64,000 bases of DNA from Pseudomonadota bacterium. Lineage in GTDB: Bacteria; Pseudomonadota; Alphaproteobacteria; Rhizobiales; Xanthobacteraceae. A model generated the notes under the pieces. That model was not told the DNA's origin. It did not search any database and saw only the letters and a list, made by a program, of their open reading frames with translations. Positions 50,097-60,171 of the stretch are shown piece after piece (position 1 is the stretch's first letter; the number at the start of each line of letters is the position of its first letter). The DNA is taken from contig JBFLYG010000032.1 in the NCBI GenBank assembly GCA_040756765.1, positions 21,227 through 85,226 of the forward strand, written 5' to 3'. Made by a program: the position numbers and the translations under genes.

Positions 50097-50237
50097 GGTT
50101 CGAGGCCTTGTGGCCCGGGTCGGAAGTGCCCGGCTGGTTGCGGCTGGCGGGCTGCCCTGGCGGTCGCCAGCGGTCCGGATCGGTGGATCAGGCGGGGTGT
50201 CGGGGGTTCAGAGACACACTTTCATGCGGATCGTTCG

Positions 50238-52100
50238 ATGGCTGATGCTGGACCCTCCGGAGCCGAAGCGAACGATCAGGCCGGTTCCGCGACCGCAGCT
50301 CCGCGCGGCTACCGGGTTCTCGCCCGCAAGTACCGGCCGACGACCTTCACCGACCTGATCGGCCAGGAGGCCATGGTGCGGACGGTCTCGAACGCATTCG
50401 AGGCCGGGCGCATCCCGCAAGCCTGGATCCTGACCGGCGTGCGCGGGGTCGGCAAGACGACGACCGCGCGCATTCTCGCGCGCGCGCTCAATTACACGCT
50501 GCCGGACGGCTCGGTCACCGGACCGACCATCCACATGCCGACGCCGGGGCTGCATTGCCAGGCGATCATGGAAAGCCGTCACATCGACGTGCTGGAAATG
50601 GACGCCGCCTCGCACACCGGCATCGATGACGTGCGCCAGATCACCGACGGCGTGCGCTATGCGCCGTCGAGCGCGCGCTACAAGGTCTACATCATCGACG
50701 AAGTCCACATGCTGTCGGAGAAGGCGTTCAACGCCTTCCTCAAGACGCTGGAAGAGCCGCCGGAGCACGCCAAGTTCGTGTTCGCGACCACGGAAATCCG
50801 CAAGGTGCCGGTGACCGTGCTGTCGCGCTGCCAACGCTTCGACCTGCGGCGGGTCGATGCCGACGTGCTGATGACCCATCTCAGCAACATCGCCGCGAAG
50901 GAAGACGTGCAGATCGAGCCCGAGGCGCTGGCGGCGATCGCCCGCGCCGCCGAAGGCTCGGTGCGTGATTCGCTGTCGCTGCTCGACCAGGCGATCGCCC
51001 ATGCCGCGGGCACGGTGCGTGCCGAGGACGTGCGGCAGATGCTTGGCCTCGCCGATCGCACACGGGTGATCGATCTGTTCGAGGCATTGGCGCGCGGCGA
51101 CATCGCCAGTGCGTTCAAGGAATTCCGCGACCAGTACGACACCGGCGCCGATCCGGTGGTGGTGCTGAGCGACCTCGCCGAGTTCGTCAATTTCATCACC
51201 CGCATCAAGGTGGTGCCGGCCACCGCCGACAACCTCGCGCTCGGCGAGACCGAGCGGACGCGCGGCCGCGAGTTCGCCGCCAAGCTGTCGATGCGGGTGC
51301 TGTCGCGGATGTGGCAGATGCTGCTCAAGGGCATCGCCGAGGTGCAGGCCGCGACGCGGCCGCAGGCGGCGGCCGAAATGGTGCTGGTGCGCATCGCCTA
51401 TGTCGCCGACTTGCCGACGCCGGACGAGGCGATCCGCCTGATCGAGCAGAATGGCGGCGGCTCGCCGGTCGCGGCCGGCGGTGGCGCGCGTGGTGCGGCA
51501 GGTCCGTCGGGCGGCGGTGCCAGTGCGCAGGTCGGCATGACGACGGGCGCCGTGTTGCGCGCAGGCGCGGCCGCGCCGCAGGGCGGCGTCACCATGGCGC
51601 GCGCCAGTGGCGATGGCGCCGGGCGCCCGCAACTGGTGACGGCGCCGGCGCCGAGCGCGCAGGCGTCCCCGGCGATCAGCCTCAATACCTTTCCGGACAT
51701 CGTGAACTACATCGGCAAGCGCGATATCCTGCTGCAGAAGGCGCTGGAGCGCGACGTGCGTTTCGTCCGTCTCGACGAGGGCCGGCTGGAGATCGCGCTC
51801 GAGCCGAGCGCGCCGCGCGGCCTGCCCAATGAGCTGCAGCGCAAGCTCGAGGCCTGGACCGAGCGGCGCTGGCTGGTCATCGTCTCCAACGCCGAGGGCG
51901 AGCCGACGTTGCGCGCCCAGCGCGAGATGATCCGCAACGAACGCGAGCGTGCGGCCGAGGCGGATCCGCGCGTGCAGGCGGTGCTGAGCCGCTTCCCCGG
52001 CACGAAGATACTCGAGGTGCGTCATACGCCTGCGCCGCCGCCCCCGAGCACCGAGGGCGAGGATGCGCTCGAGTCGTTCGACAACGACGACGACGATTAG
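50238..52100 (+). CDS. dnaX: DNA polymerase III subunits tau/gamma
   Basis: Start MADAGPSG... (M52 of ORF 50085..52100). Walker A GVRGVGKTTTARILA, zinc module, tau C-terminal domains. Confidence 0.92.
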   Translation: MADAGPSGAEANDQAGSATAAPRGYRVLARKYRPTTFTDLIGQEAMVRTVSNAFEAGRIPQAWILTGVRGVGKTTTARILARALNYTLPDGSVTGPTIHMPTPGLHCQAIMESRHIDVLEMDAASHTGIDDVRQITDGVRYAPSSARYKVYIIDEVHMLSEKAFNAFLKTLEEPPEHAKFVFATTEIRKVPVTVLSRCQRFDLRRVDADVLMTHLSNIAAKEDVQIEPEALAAIARAAEGSVRDSLSLLDQAIAHAAGTVRAEDVRQMLGLADRTRVIDLFEALARGDIASAFKEFRDQYDTGADPVVVLSDLAEFVNFITRIKVVPATADNLALGETERTRGREFAAKLSMRVLSRMWQMLLKGIAEVQAATRPQAAAEMVLVRIAYVADLPTPDEAIRLIEQNGGGSPVAAGGGARGAAGPSGGGASAQVGMTTGAVLRAGAAAPQGGVTMARASGDGAGRPQLVTAPAPSAQASPAISLNTFPDIVNYIGKRDILLQKALERDVRFVRLDEGRLEIALEPSAPRGLPNELQRKLEAWTERRWLVIVSNAEGEPTLRAQREMIRNERERAAEADPRVQAVLSRFPGTKILEVRHTPAPPPPSTEGEDALESFDNDDDD

Positions 52101-52169
52101 CGCGCGCCGCTCTCAACCTGGTCATCACAGCAGGGCCGCTCGCCCCGCGCCCATCACGAAGAGGATCCC

Positions 52170-52490
52170 ATGGCTGACTTTCTCGGCATGATGAAACAAG
52201 CTGCGCAACTGCAATCCAAGATGAAGGCGATGCAGGACGAGCTCGAGCAGACCGAGGTCGAGGGCATCGCCGGCGGTGGCCTCGTGGCCGTGCGCATGAC
52301 CGCCAAGATGGAGGTCAAGGCGATCAAGATCGATCCGTCGCTGATCAAGCCCGAGGACCGCGAGATGATCGAGGATCTGGTCGTCGCGGCCCTCAACGAC
52401 GCCCGCCGCAAGGCGGAGGCGACGGTGCAGGAGAAGATGAAGGCGCTGACCGGCGGCCTGCCGCTGCCGCCCGGCCTCGGGCTGGGCTGA
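52170..52490 (+). CDS. ybaB: nucleoid-associated protein YbaB/EbfC
   Basis: 106 aa, [26 protein letters not shown]... In a dnaX-ybaB-recR operon. Confidence 0.9.
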   Translation: MADFLGMMKQAAQLQSKMKAMQDELEQTEVEGIAGGGLVAVRMTAKMEVKAIKIDPSLIKPEDREMIEDLVVAALNDARRKAEATVQEKMKALTGGLPLPPGLGLG

Positions 52491-52536
52491 GGATTGCTGC
52501 TCGTCTGTTTCGAAGCATACGCCTGAAGAGCCTGAC

Positions 52537-53142
52537 ATGTCGTCTGCGGTTGCCGGTCCCGAGATCGAACGTCTGATTCAGCTGCTGGCGCGGTTGCCGG
52601 GCCTCGGCCCGCGATCGGCGCGGCGCGCGGCGCTGCACCTGATCAAGAAGCGCGAGGCGCTGATGGCGCCGCTGACCTCCGCGCTGCAGGTGGCGATGGA
52701 CCGCATCCAGGTCTGCAAGACCTGCGGCAACATCGACACACAAAATCCATGTTCGGTCTGCACCGATCCGCGGCGGGATTCGTCGATCATTGTCGTGGTC
52801 GCCGATGTCGCCGATCTGTGGGCGCTGGAACGCGCCCATGCCACGCAGGGCCGCTACCATGTGCTCGGCGGCACGCTGTCGCCGCTGGACGGGGTCGGCC
52901 CGCAGGATTTGACCATCGACGCGCTGGTCGGGCGCGCCCACGACAAGCAGGTGACCGAAATCGTGCTGGCCCTCAACGCCACTGTCGACGGCCAGACCAC
53001 GGCCCACTACATCACCGACCTGATGCAGGAGGCCGAGGTGCGCATCACACGGCTTGCGCACGGTGTGCCGGTCGGCGGCGAGCTCGATTACCTCGACGAG
53101 GGAACCCTGTCGGCGGCGATGCGGCAGCGAACCCTGTTCTGA
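52537..53142 (+). CDS. recR: recombination protein RecR
   Basis: 201 aa. HhH domain, zinc finger [16 protein letters not shown], Toprim domain. Confidence 0.92.
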   Translation: MSSAVAGPEIERLIQLLARLPGLGPRSARRAALHLIKKREALMAPLTSALQVAMDRIQVCKTCGNIDTQNPCSVCTDPRRDSSIIVVVADVADLWALERAHATQGRYHVLGGTLSPLDGVGPQDLTIDALVGRAHDKQVTEIVLALNATVDGQTTAHYITDLMQEAEVRITRLAHGVPVGGELDYLDEGTLSAAMRQRTLF

Positions 53143-53221
53143 CGGTCCGCGTGCGGCGCGCCGCCGCCATCTTTCCCTTACGCCCCCCTTCCTCGAACCA
53201 CGGAAACGAGACCTGGTTGCC

Positions 53222-53626
53222 ATGCTGCTGAAGTTGACGAACGCCGTCCTCGCCTCTGTCGTCTTTGTTCTGGCGCTGATGGGCGCGTCGATCGAGGTGT
53301 CCGCGCAACAGGCGTTCAAGACGGGCGGCGTGCTGTCGGGCGAGCTGCGCGCGATGCGCAACCGCGATGCCAAGGGCAAGCGGGTCAACACATTCCAGCT
53401 GGTGACCGAGCCGCGCCGGCTGCCCGAGCCGAGCGGGCTCTGCAACCTCGAAACCGGGCCGGAAACCTTTCAGATCGTGACCAGCAGCGACGCCGAGGAG
53501 AGCCGCCTCAAGGCGTTCATCGGCAAGCAGGTCTCGATCAAGGCCGATGAAGTGTCCTGCGCCGAGCTCGCCGGCCAGATGAGCGATGCCATCGTGTCGA
53601 AGTGGAGCCTCGTGACCAGCCACTGA
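53222..53626 (+). CDS. hypothetical secreted protein (134 aa)
   Basis: Start MLLKLTNAVLASVVFVLALMGASIEVSAQQ (signal peptide). No recognisable domain. Confidence 0.5.
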   Translation: MLLKLTNAVLASVVFVLALMGASIEVSAQQAFKTGGVLSGELRAMRNRDAKGKRVNTFQLVTEPRRLPEPSGLCNLETGPETFQIVTSSDAEESRLKAFIGKQVSIKADEVSCAELAGQMSDAIVSKWSLVTSH

Positions 53627-53673
53627 GGCCGTGACCGCGTGCCTCGTCGCGACGGCGGGCGCGCCGGGCGGGC

Positions 53674-55032
53674 TCAGCCGCGGCGCACGAGCGTTTCAAA
53701 GTGCCCGCGCCGCTGCAGCCAGGTGAGCAGCACGAGGCTCGGGATCGCCACCAGCACACAGATCACGAAGAACAGCGGCCAGCCGGTCGCCTTGGCGACA
53801 TAGCCGGCGCCGGCCGACAGATAAGTGCGGCCGAAGGCGGCTAGCGCGGTGAGCAGCGCATATTGCGTCGCGGTGTGCAGCGGGCTTTTGCACAGCGCCG
53901 AAAGGTAGGCGACGAAGATCACCGTGCCGATGGCGCTGGTGAAATTCTCCGCGGTGATCGCCAGCGCCAGCGCGTAGTGATTGACGCCGATCGCGGCGAG
54001 CCAGGAGAACGACAGGTTGGCGATCGCCTGCAGGGCGCCGCCGATCCACAGGCTGACGGGCAGCGAGTAGGCGCGGGCGACGAAGCCGCCGGCGAAGCCG
54101 CCGATCAGCGTCGCGGCGAGACCGACGCCTTTGACGATCGCCGCATAGTCGGCCTTGCTGAAGCCGAGGTCGATCACGAACGGCGCGGTCATCGCGCCCG
54201 AGAACGCGTCGGTGAACTTGAACAGCACGACAAAGGCGAGGACGGCGATGGCGTTGTCGCGCGACAGGAACTCGCCGAACGCGCCGCGGGCCGCGATCAG
54301 CACCCGCATCAGGCCGTTCTCGTGGCCGAGCGCAGCCTCGGAGCGCGCTGACTGCTCCGGTTCGGTGGCGAGCAACGCTGTCACGGTGCCGATCAGCACC
54401 ATCGCGGCCATGATGACATAGCCCCATTGCCATGCGGGATCCGTGGCGAGGCCGAAGCCCTGCAGGCCGCTGACCAGGAACAGGACGCCGGCAGTCGATA
54501 CCAGCATGCCGACGCGATAGGCGGCGACATAGCCGGCCATGCCGGCGGCCTGCTCGCTCTCGGGAAGGCTTTCGACGCGGAATGCGTCGACGACGATATC
54601 CTGGGTCGCGGACGCGGCGGCCACCAGCAGCGCGGCGATCGCGGCATGGAACGGCGCGCGGCCGGGATCGGCGAGCGCCAGCAGCAGGATGGCGGCGATC
54701 AGCAGCAGTTGTGACAGCACCAGCCAGCCGCGGCGGCGGCCGAAGAGGCCGGTCAGCACGGGAACCCGCAGCGCATCGACCAGCGGCGCCCAGATGAACT
54801 TCAGCGTGTAGGGGGTGCCGACCAGCGTCAGCAGGCCGATGGCGCCAAGATCGATGCCGGCCTCGCGCATCCAGATCTGCAATGTCGATGCTGACAGCGC
54901 CAGCGGCAGCCCCGACGAGAAGCCGAGGAACATCACCACCAGCACGCGCGGCTGCAGATACACCGCAAGCGCCTCGCGCCAGGATGCGCGCGCGGCCGGC
55001 TGCTCCACGGTGTCCTCGGGAGTGGCTGTCAT
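53674..55032 (-). CDS. ampG: AmpG-family muropeptide MFS permease
   Basis: 452 aa, 12-14 TM segments, AmpG-type N-terminal region (FLGFSSGLPLAL...GTPYTLKFIWAPLVD). Confidence 0.85.
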   Translation of the reverse strand: MTATPEDTVEQPAARASWREALAVYLQPRVLVVMFLGFSSGLPLALSASTLQIWMREAGIDLGAIGLLTLVGTPYTLKFIWAPLVDALRVPVLTGLFGRRRGWLVLSQLLLIAAILLLALADPGRAPFHAAIAALLVAAASATQDIVVDAFRVESLPESEQAAGMAGYVAAYRVGMLVSTAGVLFLVSGLQGFGLATDPAWQWGYVIMAAMVLIGTVTALLATEPEQSARSEAALGHENGLMRVLIAARGAFGEFLSRDNAIAVLAFVVLFKFTDAFSGAMTAPFVIDLGFSKADYAAIVKGVGLAATLIGGFAGGFVARAYSLPVSLWIGGALQAIANLSFSWLAAIGVNHYALALAITAENFTSAIGTVIFVAYLSALCKSPLHTATQYALLTALAAFGRTYLSAGAGYVAKATGWPLFFVICVLVAIPSLVLLTWLQRRGHFETLVRRG

Positions 55033-55076
55033 GGGTCTCCCCTAGCTGATTTGGCTGGGGACGCCAATGCGGGGGA

Positions 55077-55535
55077 TCAGGCGATGGCGAAGATCGCCTC
55101 GACCTCGACACTGAGGCCCATCGGCAGCGAGCTCATGCCAACAGCGGAACGGGGATGCCGGCCGGCATCGCCGAACACGGCGACGAACAGGTCGGAACAG
55201 CCGTTGATGACCTTGGGATGATCCTTGAAGTCGTCGGTGGCGTTGACCATGCCGAGCACCTTGACCACCTGCACCACGCGGCTGAGGTCGCCGGTGGCAG
55301 CATGGACCTGCGCCAGCACATTAAGGCCGGTGAGCCTGGCATGCTCGTAGGCCTGCTCGACCGTGAGGTCGCGGCCGACCTTGCCGGTGTGCAGATGGCC
55401 GGCCGCGTCGAACGGGCCTTGGCCTGCAATGTAGAGGTCGTTGCCGTGGCGCAGGAACGGCAGGTAGTTGGCGGCGGCCGGCGCGGCTTTCGGCAGGGTC
55501 AGTCCGAGCGCGGCGAGGCGATCGTAGGGCGTCAT
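55077..55535 (-). CDS. ridA: RidA/YjgF-family reactive-intermediate deaminase
   Basis: Start MTPYDRL... (M28 of ORF 55077..55616). YjgF signature near the C-terminus. Confidence 0.85.
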   Translation of the reverse strand: MTPYDRLAALGLTLPKAAPAAANYLPFLRHGNDLYIAGQGPFDAAGHLHTGKVGRDLTVEQAYEHARLTGLNVLAQVHAATGDLSRVVQVVKVLGMVNATDDFKDHPKVINGCSDLFVAVFGDAGRHPRSAVGMSSLPMGLSVEVEAIFAIA

Positions 55536-55635
55536 GGCGAGCTCCGGGGCGGGACGTGGCGGAAGGCATGTTTGGAGGTGTCGTCCAAGGACATGCGCCC
55601 GCCGAGCTCCCGTCAAGGGCTCGAACGCCGCATCG

Positions 55636-56844
55636 TCATTCGCCGGCGCGCAGCTTGCGGGCGGGCGGCGTCACCGCGAACAGCTCCGGCGCGGCCTTGG
55701 ACGCCGGTGCGTCGGCCTCGGCGGGAGACGAGAAATCGAGCTCCTCGATCTTCGCGGCGCGCTTGCCGATCTTGTTGACCGAAATCAGCACCTGCCGCAC
55801 GTCCTCGCTGACCTGGTCGAAATGGGCGCCGAGCTTGCTGACGCGGTCGCGCAGGCGCTCGACGTCGCTCATCATGTTCATGACTTCGGTGCGGATCTGG
55901 TCGGCGGCGTCGCGCATCCGCGCGTCCTTGAGGATCTGCTGCATCACCTGGATCGCCAGCATCAGCAGCGACGGCGACACCAGCACGACACGGGCGCGAT
56001 AGGCCTTCTGCACGATGTCGTCGAAGCCGTCATGGATCTCGGCGTAGACCGATTCCGACGGCACGAACATCAGCGCGGTGTCCTGGGTTTCGCCGGCGAT
56101 GAGATATTTGTCGGCGATGTCGCCGACATGCTTCATCACGTCCTGGCGCAGCCGCTGCGCCGCCTGCTTCTTCTCCTCGTCGCTGCGGGCCTCGCGCAGC
56201 GCGGTCACCGATTCCAGCGGGAACTTGGCGTCGATGCACAGCGGGCGCTGATCCGGCAGGAACACGACGCAGTCCGGGCGCTTGCCGGTGGAGAGCGTGT
56301 GCTGGAACTCGTAGGCGCCTTTGGGCAGGCCGTCCTGCACGATCGCTTCCATCCGCGCCTGGCCGAAGGCGCCGCGCGCCTGCTTGTTGGCGAGCACGTC
56401 GCGCAGCGTCGTCACCTGGGTGGTGAGCTCGGTCAGGTTCCGGTGGGCGTTGTCGATGATGCCGAGCCGCTCGTGCAGCGCGCGCAGGCTCTCCGCAGTG
56501 TGGCGGGTGGTCTGTTCCATGGATTGGCCGACGCGGTGGCCGACCGCGTCGAGCCGCTCGCTGACCGCCCGTGCCATTTCCGCCTGCCGGCCGGCCAGCG
56601 ACTGTCCCATGGCGTCGATCCGCCCCTGGGCCTCGGCCTGGACGCGCAGCAGCTGGGCCACGCGTTCCTCCAGCTCGTCGGCGCGGATCGCCTGGGCCAT
56701 CGCCGCGGCCTGGCTGCGGCCGCTGCCGCGCGCGATCACGATGGCAATGACCAGCAGCATCGCGACGACCAGCGCGCCGAACACCAGGAGGATGAGGCCG
56801 GAGCGGACCGGGGTGCCGTCGATGGCAAACAGGATTTCGTTCAT
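55636..56844 (-). CDS. rmuC: DNA recombination protein RmuC
   Basis: 402 aa, N-terminal TM segment, long coiled-coil, RmuC C-terminal nuclease-like domain. Confidence 0.85.
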   Translation of the reverse strand: MNEILFAIDGTPVRSGLILLVFGALVVAMLLVIAIVIARGSGRSQAAAMAQAIRADELEERVAQLLRVQAEAQGRIDAMGQSLAGRQAEMARAVSERLDAVGHRVGQSMEQTTRHTAESLRALHERLGIIDNAHRNLTELTTQVTTLRDVLANKQARGAFGQARMEAIVQDGLPKGAYEFQHTLSTGKRPDCVVFLPDQRPLCIDAKFPLESVTALREARSDEEKKQAAQRLRQDVMKHVGDIADKYLIAGETQDTALMFVPSESVYAEIHDGFDDIVQKAYRARVVLVSPSLLMLAIQVMQQILKDARMRDAADQIRTEVMNMMSDVERLRDRVSKLGAHFDQVSEDVRQVLISVNKIGKRAAKIEELDFSSPAEADAPASKAAPELFAVTPPARKLRAGE

Positions 56845-57017
56845 ATGCGCTTTCTAGCCCGATTCGGCCTTGAATGCGAACGAAGAGGGAACATATCTGG
56901 TGAAGGATCGGTTAAGATTCATGGTTAACCAGAGGTAAATATCAAACGCGGTCCCCGGGTGCCGCTTTTGCGGTCCCGCAATTGACCGGGGCGGGAGCCC
57001 GGATTACATCGCGCGCC

Positions 57018-57539
57018 ATGGCCATTCGTGAAATCATCATCCTTCCCGACAAGCAGCTTCGCCTGGTGTCGAAGCCGATCGAAACCGTCACGCCGCAGGT
57101 GCGCAAGCTCGCGGACGACATGTTCGAGACCATGTATGAGGCTCCCGGCATCGGGCTCGCCGCGATCCAGATCGCCGAGCCGGTGCGGCTGATCACCATG
57201 GACCTGGCGCGCAAGGACGACGAGCAGAAGCAGCCGCGCGTCTTCATCAATCCCGAGATCATCTCCGCATCGGAGGAGCTGTCGGTCTACGAGGAAGGCT
57301 GCCTGTCGATCCCCGAGTATTACGAGGAGGTCGAGCGGCCCGCGACCGTGCGCATCCGCTATCTCGACCTCGACGGCAAGCTGCACGAGGAAGAAGCCAC
57401 CGGCCTGTTCGCCACCTGCATCCAGCACGAGATCGACCATCTCAACGGCGTGCTGTTCGTGGACTATCTCTCGAAACTCAAGCGCGACCGCGTGATGAAG
57501 AAATTCACCAAGGCGGCGAAGCAGCGCGCGGCGGGCTGA
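57018..57539 (+). CDS. def: peptide deformylase
   Basis: Start [11 protein letters not shown]... Motifs [13 protein letters not shown] and QHEIDHLNG. Confidence 0.92.
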   Translation: MAIREIIILPDKQLRLVSKPIETVTPQVRKLADDMFETMYEAPGIGLAAIQIAEPVRLITMDLARKDDEQKQPRVFINPEIISASEELSVYEEGCLSIPEYYEEVERPATVRIRYLDLDGKLHEEEATGLFATCIQHEIDHLNGVLFVDYLSKLKRDRVMKKFTKAAKQRAAG

Positions 57540-57612
57540 GCGGCGCCAGCGCCGGCCGCTGCAAAGCCGCCGGCGTGACCGCCTCGTCCACGCGAACCAG
57601 CAAGGCCTCCTC

Positions 57613-58545
57613 ATGTCCCTGCGTCTGATCTTCATGGGCACGCCCGACTTCTCGGTGCCCACTCTGCTGGAGCTGGTGGCGCAGGGCCACGACATCGTCG
57701 CGGTCTACACCCGGGCGCCGAAGCCGGCCGGCCGCGGCATGAAGGAGCAGGTGACGCCGGTGGAGCGCGAGGCGCGGCGGCTGGGCCTTCCCGTGCTGAC
57801 GCCGAAGACACTGAAGACCGAGGAGGCGCAAGCCGCCTTCAGCGCGTTCGGCGCCGATGCCGCTGTGGTGGTGGCCTATGGCCTGATCCTGCCGCCGGCG
57901 ATTCTCGAGGCGGTGCCGCTCGGCTGCTTCAACCTGCATGCGTCGCTGCTGCCGCGCTGGCGCGGCGCCGCGCCGATCAACCGCGCGATCATCGCCGGCG
58001 ATGCCGAGAGCGGCGTCATGGTGATGAAGATGGATGTCGGGCTCGATACCGGCGACGTCGCGATGGCCGAGCGCATCGCGGTGACCGACGCGATGACCGC
58101 GACCGACCTGCACGACAAGCTGGCGCGGATCGGCGCCGACCTGATGGCGCGGGCGATGGGCGCGCTGGAACGCGGCACGCTGCAGTTCACGCCGCAGAAG
58201 GAAGAGGGCGTCACCTACGCCGCCAAGATCGACAAGGCCGAGGCGCGCATCGACTGGCGCCGCCCGGCCCGCGAGGTGCTGCGGCATTGCCATGGCCTGT
58301 CGCCGTTTCCCGGCGCGTGGTGCGAGATGCCGATCGAGGGCGAGGCGGTGCGCGTCAAGGTGCTGCGCTGCGCGCCGGCGAACGGCTCCGGTGAACCCGG
58401 AGCGGTGCTGGACGATCAGCTCACCATCGCCTGCGGTGACGGTGCGATCCGGATCCTGGAATTGCAGCGCGCCGGCAAGCAGCCGATGAAAGCGGATGTC
58501 TTTCTGCGTGGTACCCCGGTGCGGCCGGGGCTGACACTGCCATGA
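57613..58545 (+). CDS. fmt: methionyl-tRNA formyltransferase
   Basis: 310 aa. [12 protein letters not shown] motif and C-terminal domain. The def-fmt pair is conserved. Confidence 0.92.
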   Translation: MSLRLIFMGTPDFSVPTLLELVAQGHDIVAVYTRAPKPAGRGMKEQVTPVEREARRLGLPVLTPKTLKTEEAQAAFSAFGADAAVVVAYGLILPPAILEAVPLGCFNLHASLLPRWRGAAPINRAIIAGDAESGVMVMKMDVGLDTGDVAMAERIAVTDAMTATDLHDKLARIGADLMARAMGALERGTLQFTPQKEEGVTYAAKIDKAEARIDWRRPAREVLRHCHGLSPFPGAWCEMPIEGEAVRVKVLRCAPANGSGEPGAVLDDQLTIACGDGAIRILELQRAGKQPMKADVFLRGTPVRPGLTLP

Positions 58546-59057
58546 ACGTTCGTCCCGAAACCGCTGCGGACCACGGCGCGATCCACCGCATCGTGAGCGA
58601 TGCCTTCGGTGCGGCGGGCGAGGCCGATCTGATCGGGCGCCTGCGCGCGGACGGCGACCTCCTGCTGTCGCTCATCGCCGAGCAGGACGGCGTCGTGATC
58701 GGCCATGTCGCGTTCTCGCGGCTCTGGATCGAGGACGGCGACCGGCGCATCGCCGGCGTCAGTCTCGCGCCGGTCGCGGTCGACGCCGCGCACCGGCGCA
58801 AGGGCATTGCCCAGGCGCTGATCGAGGACGGCCATCGCCGCCTGCACGCGGGCGGGGAGACCATCGCGTTCGTGCTCGGCGATCCCGCCTACTACGGTCG
58901 CTTCGGCTACTCGGCGGCATCGGCGCAGGGATTCAGCTGCGACTATGCGGGCCCTTATTTCCAGGCGCTCGCCCTGGCGTCGGGTGCGCCGGACCACGGG
59001 CGCGCGGTCTATGCTGACGCGTTCGAGCGGCTTTCCGAGCGCATTGGGGCGGCGTGA
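58542..59057 (+). CDS. GNAT-family N-acetyltransferase
   Basis: 171 aa. Acetyl-CoA-binding RRKGIAQAL motif. Overlaps the fmt stop and the truA start. Confidence 0.75.
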   Translation: MNVRPETAADHGAIHRIVSDAFGAAGEADLIGRLRADGDLLLSLIAEQDGVVIGHVAFSRLWIEDGDRRIAGVSLAPVAVDAAHRRKGIAQALIEDGHRRLHAGGETIAFVLGDPAYYGRFGYSAASAQGFSCDYAGPYFQALALASGAPDHGRAVYADAFERLSERIGAA

Positions 59058-59794
59058 TGCCGCGCTACAAGCTCACCATCGAGTATGACGGCCGGCCGTT
59101 CCGCGGCTGGCAGGTGCAGGACGATCATCCCTCAGTGCAGGGCGCGCTTGAAGCCGCGGTGAAGGCGCTGAGCGGCGAGGACGTGCGGGTCCATGGCGCC
59201 GGCCGCACCGACGCGGGTGTGCACGCCAGGGGGCAGGTCGCCCATCTCGACCTGTCGCGCGACTTCCGCCCCGACGTGGTGCGCGACGGCCTCAATGCCC
59301 ATCTGCGCCCGCATCCGGTCGGCGTGCTCGCGGCCGAGCGCGTGGGCGACGATTTCGAGGCGCGCTTCTCGGCGATCAAGCGCCATTATCTCTATCGTAT
59401 CATCAACCGCCGCGCCGATCTCGCGCTCGACTTCGGTTTCGCCTGGCGGGTGCCGAAGCCGCTCGACACCGACGCCATGCAGGTCGCGGCGCAAGCGCTG
59501 GTCGGCAAGCACGATTTCACCACCTTCCGCGACACCGAATGCCAGGCGAAGTCGCCGGACAAGACGCTCGACCAGCTCGACGTGATCCGCGACGGCGACC
59601 ATGTGAACATCGTCACCTCGGCGCGCTCGTTCCTGCACAGTCAGGTGCGCTCGATGGTCGGTTCGCTGGTGTGGGTCGGTGAGGGGCGCTGGGCGCCGGC
59701 GGATCTCAAGGCCGCGCTCGATGCCCGCAACCGCGCCGCCTGCGGCCCGGTGGCCCCTCCGGAGGGGCTCTATCTGATGCGGGTCGATTACTGA
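59054..59794 (+). CDS. truA: tRNA pseudouridine(38-40) synthase
   Basis: 246 aa, catalytic Asp in [11 protein letters not shown]. Confidence 0.92.
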   Translation: MMPRYKLTIEYDGRPFRGWQVQDDHPSVQGALEAAVKALSGEDVRVHGAGRTDAGVHARGQVAHLDLSRDFRPDVVRDGLNAHLRPHPVGVLAAERVGDDFEARFSAIKRHYLYRIINRRADLALDFGFAWRVPKPLDTDAMQVAAQALVGKHDFTTFRDTECQAKSPDKTLDQLDVIRDGDHVNIVTSARSFLHSQVRSMVGSLVWVGEGRWAPADLKAALDARNRAACGPVAPPEGLYLMRVDY

Positions 59795-60171
59795 TCACTC
59801 GCCGTCTCGACCTCTTTTTTAGCCTTCACGCCATCTCGCCGCGAAGCCTCATCCCCTGCCGCGATTGCTGCGTATGTTTCGGATCTGATGTGACATTCTG
59901 ACGATCTGATATTTTCTGAAATTGCCCATGCGCTCGCTAGCTTTGCGCGGGGTGAGACGACAAAATCCGCCAACCAATTAAAAAAACGCGTGCGAAGTGT
60001 CGATTGCGCGAGCTCTCGCCGGAACACCGGTGGGAAGGATGCTCGGCAACCTTTCGCTCATGAGCGTTCGATTGTGGGGGCGATGATCTTGACGTTGCTG
60101 ATGCTGCGCACCCTGCGCTCCGGCGAAACTGCGGGCCGCGTCCGTCCCGACGCCCTGTCTGGCTGCGGCCG

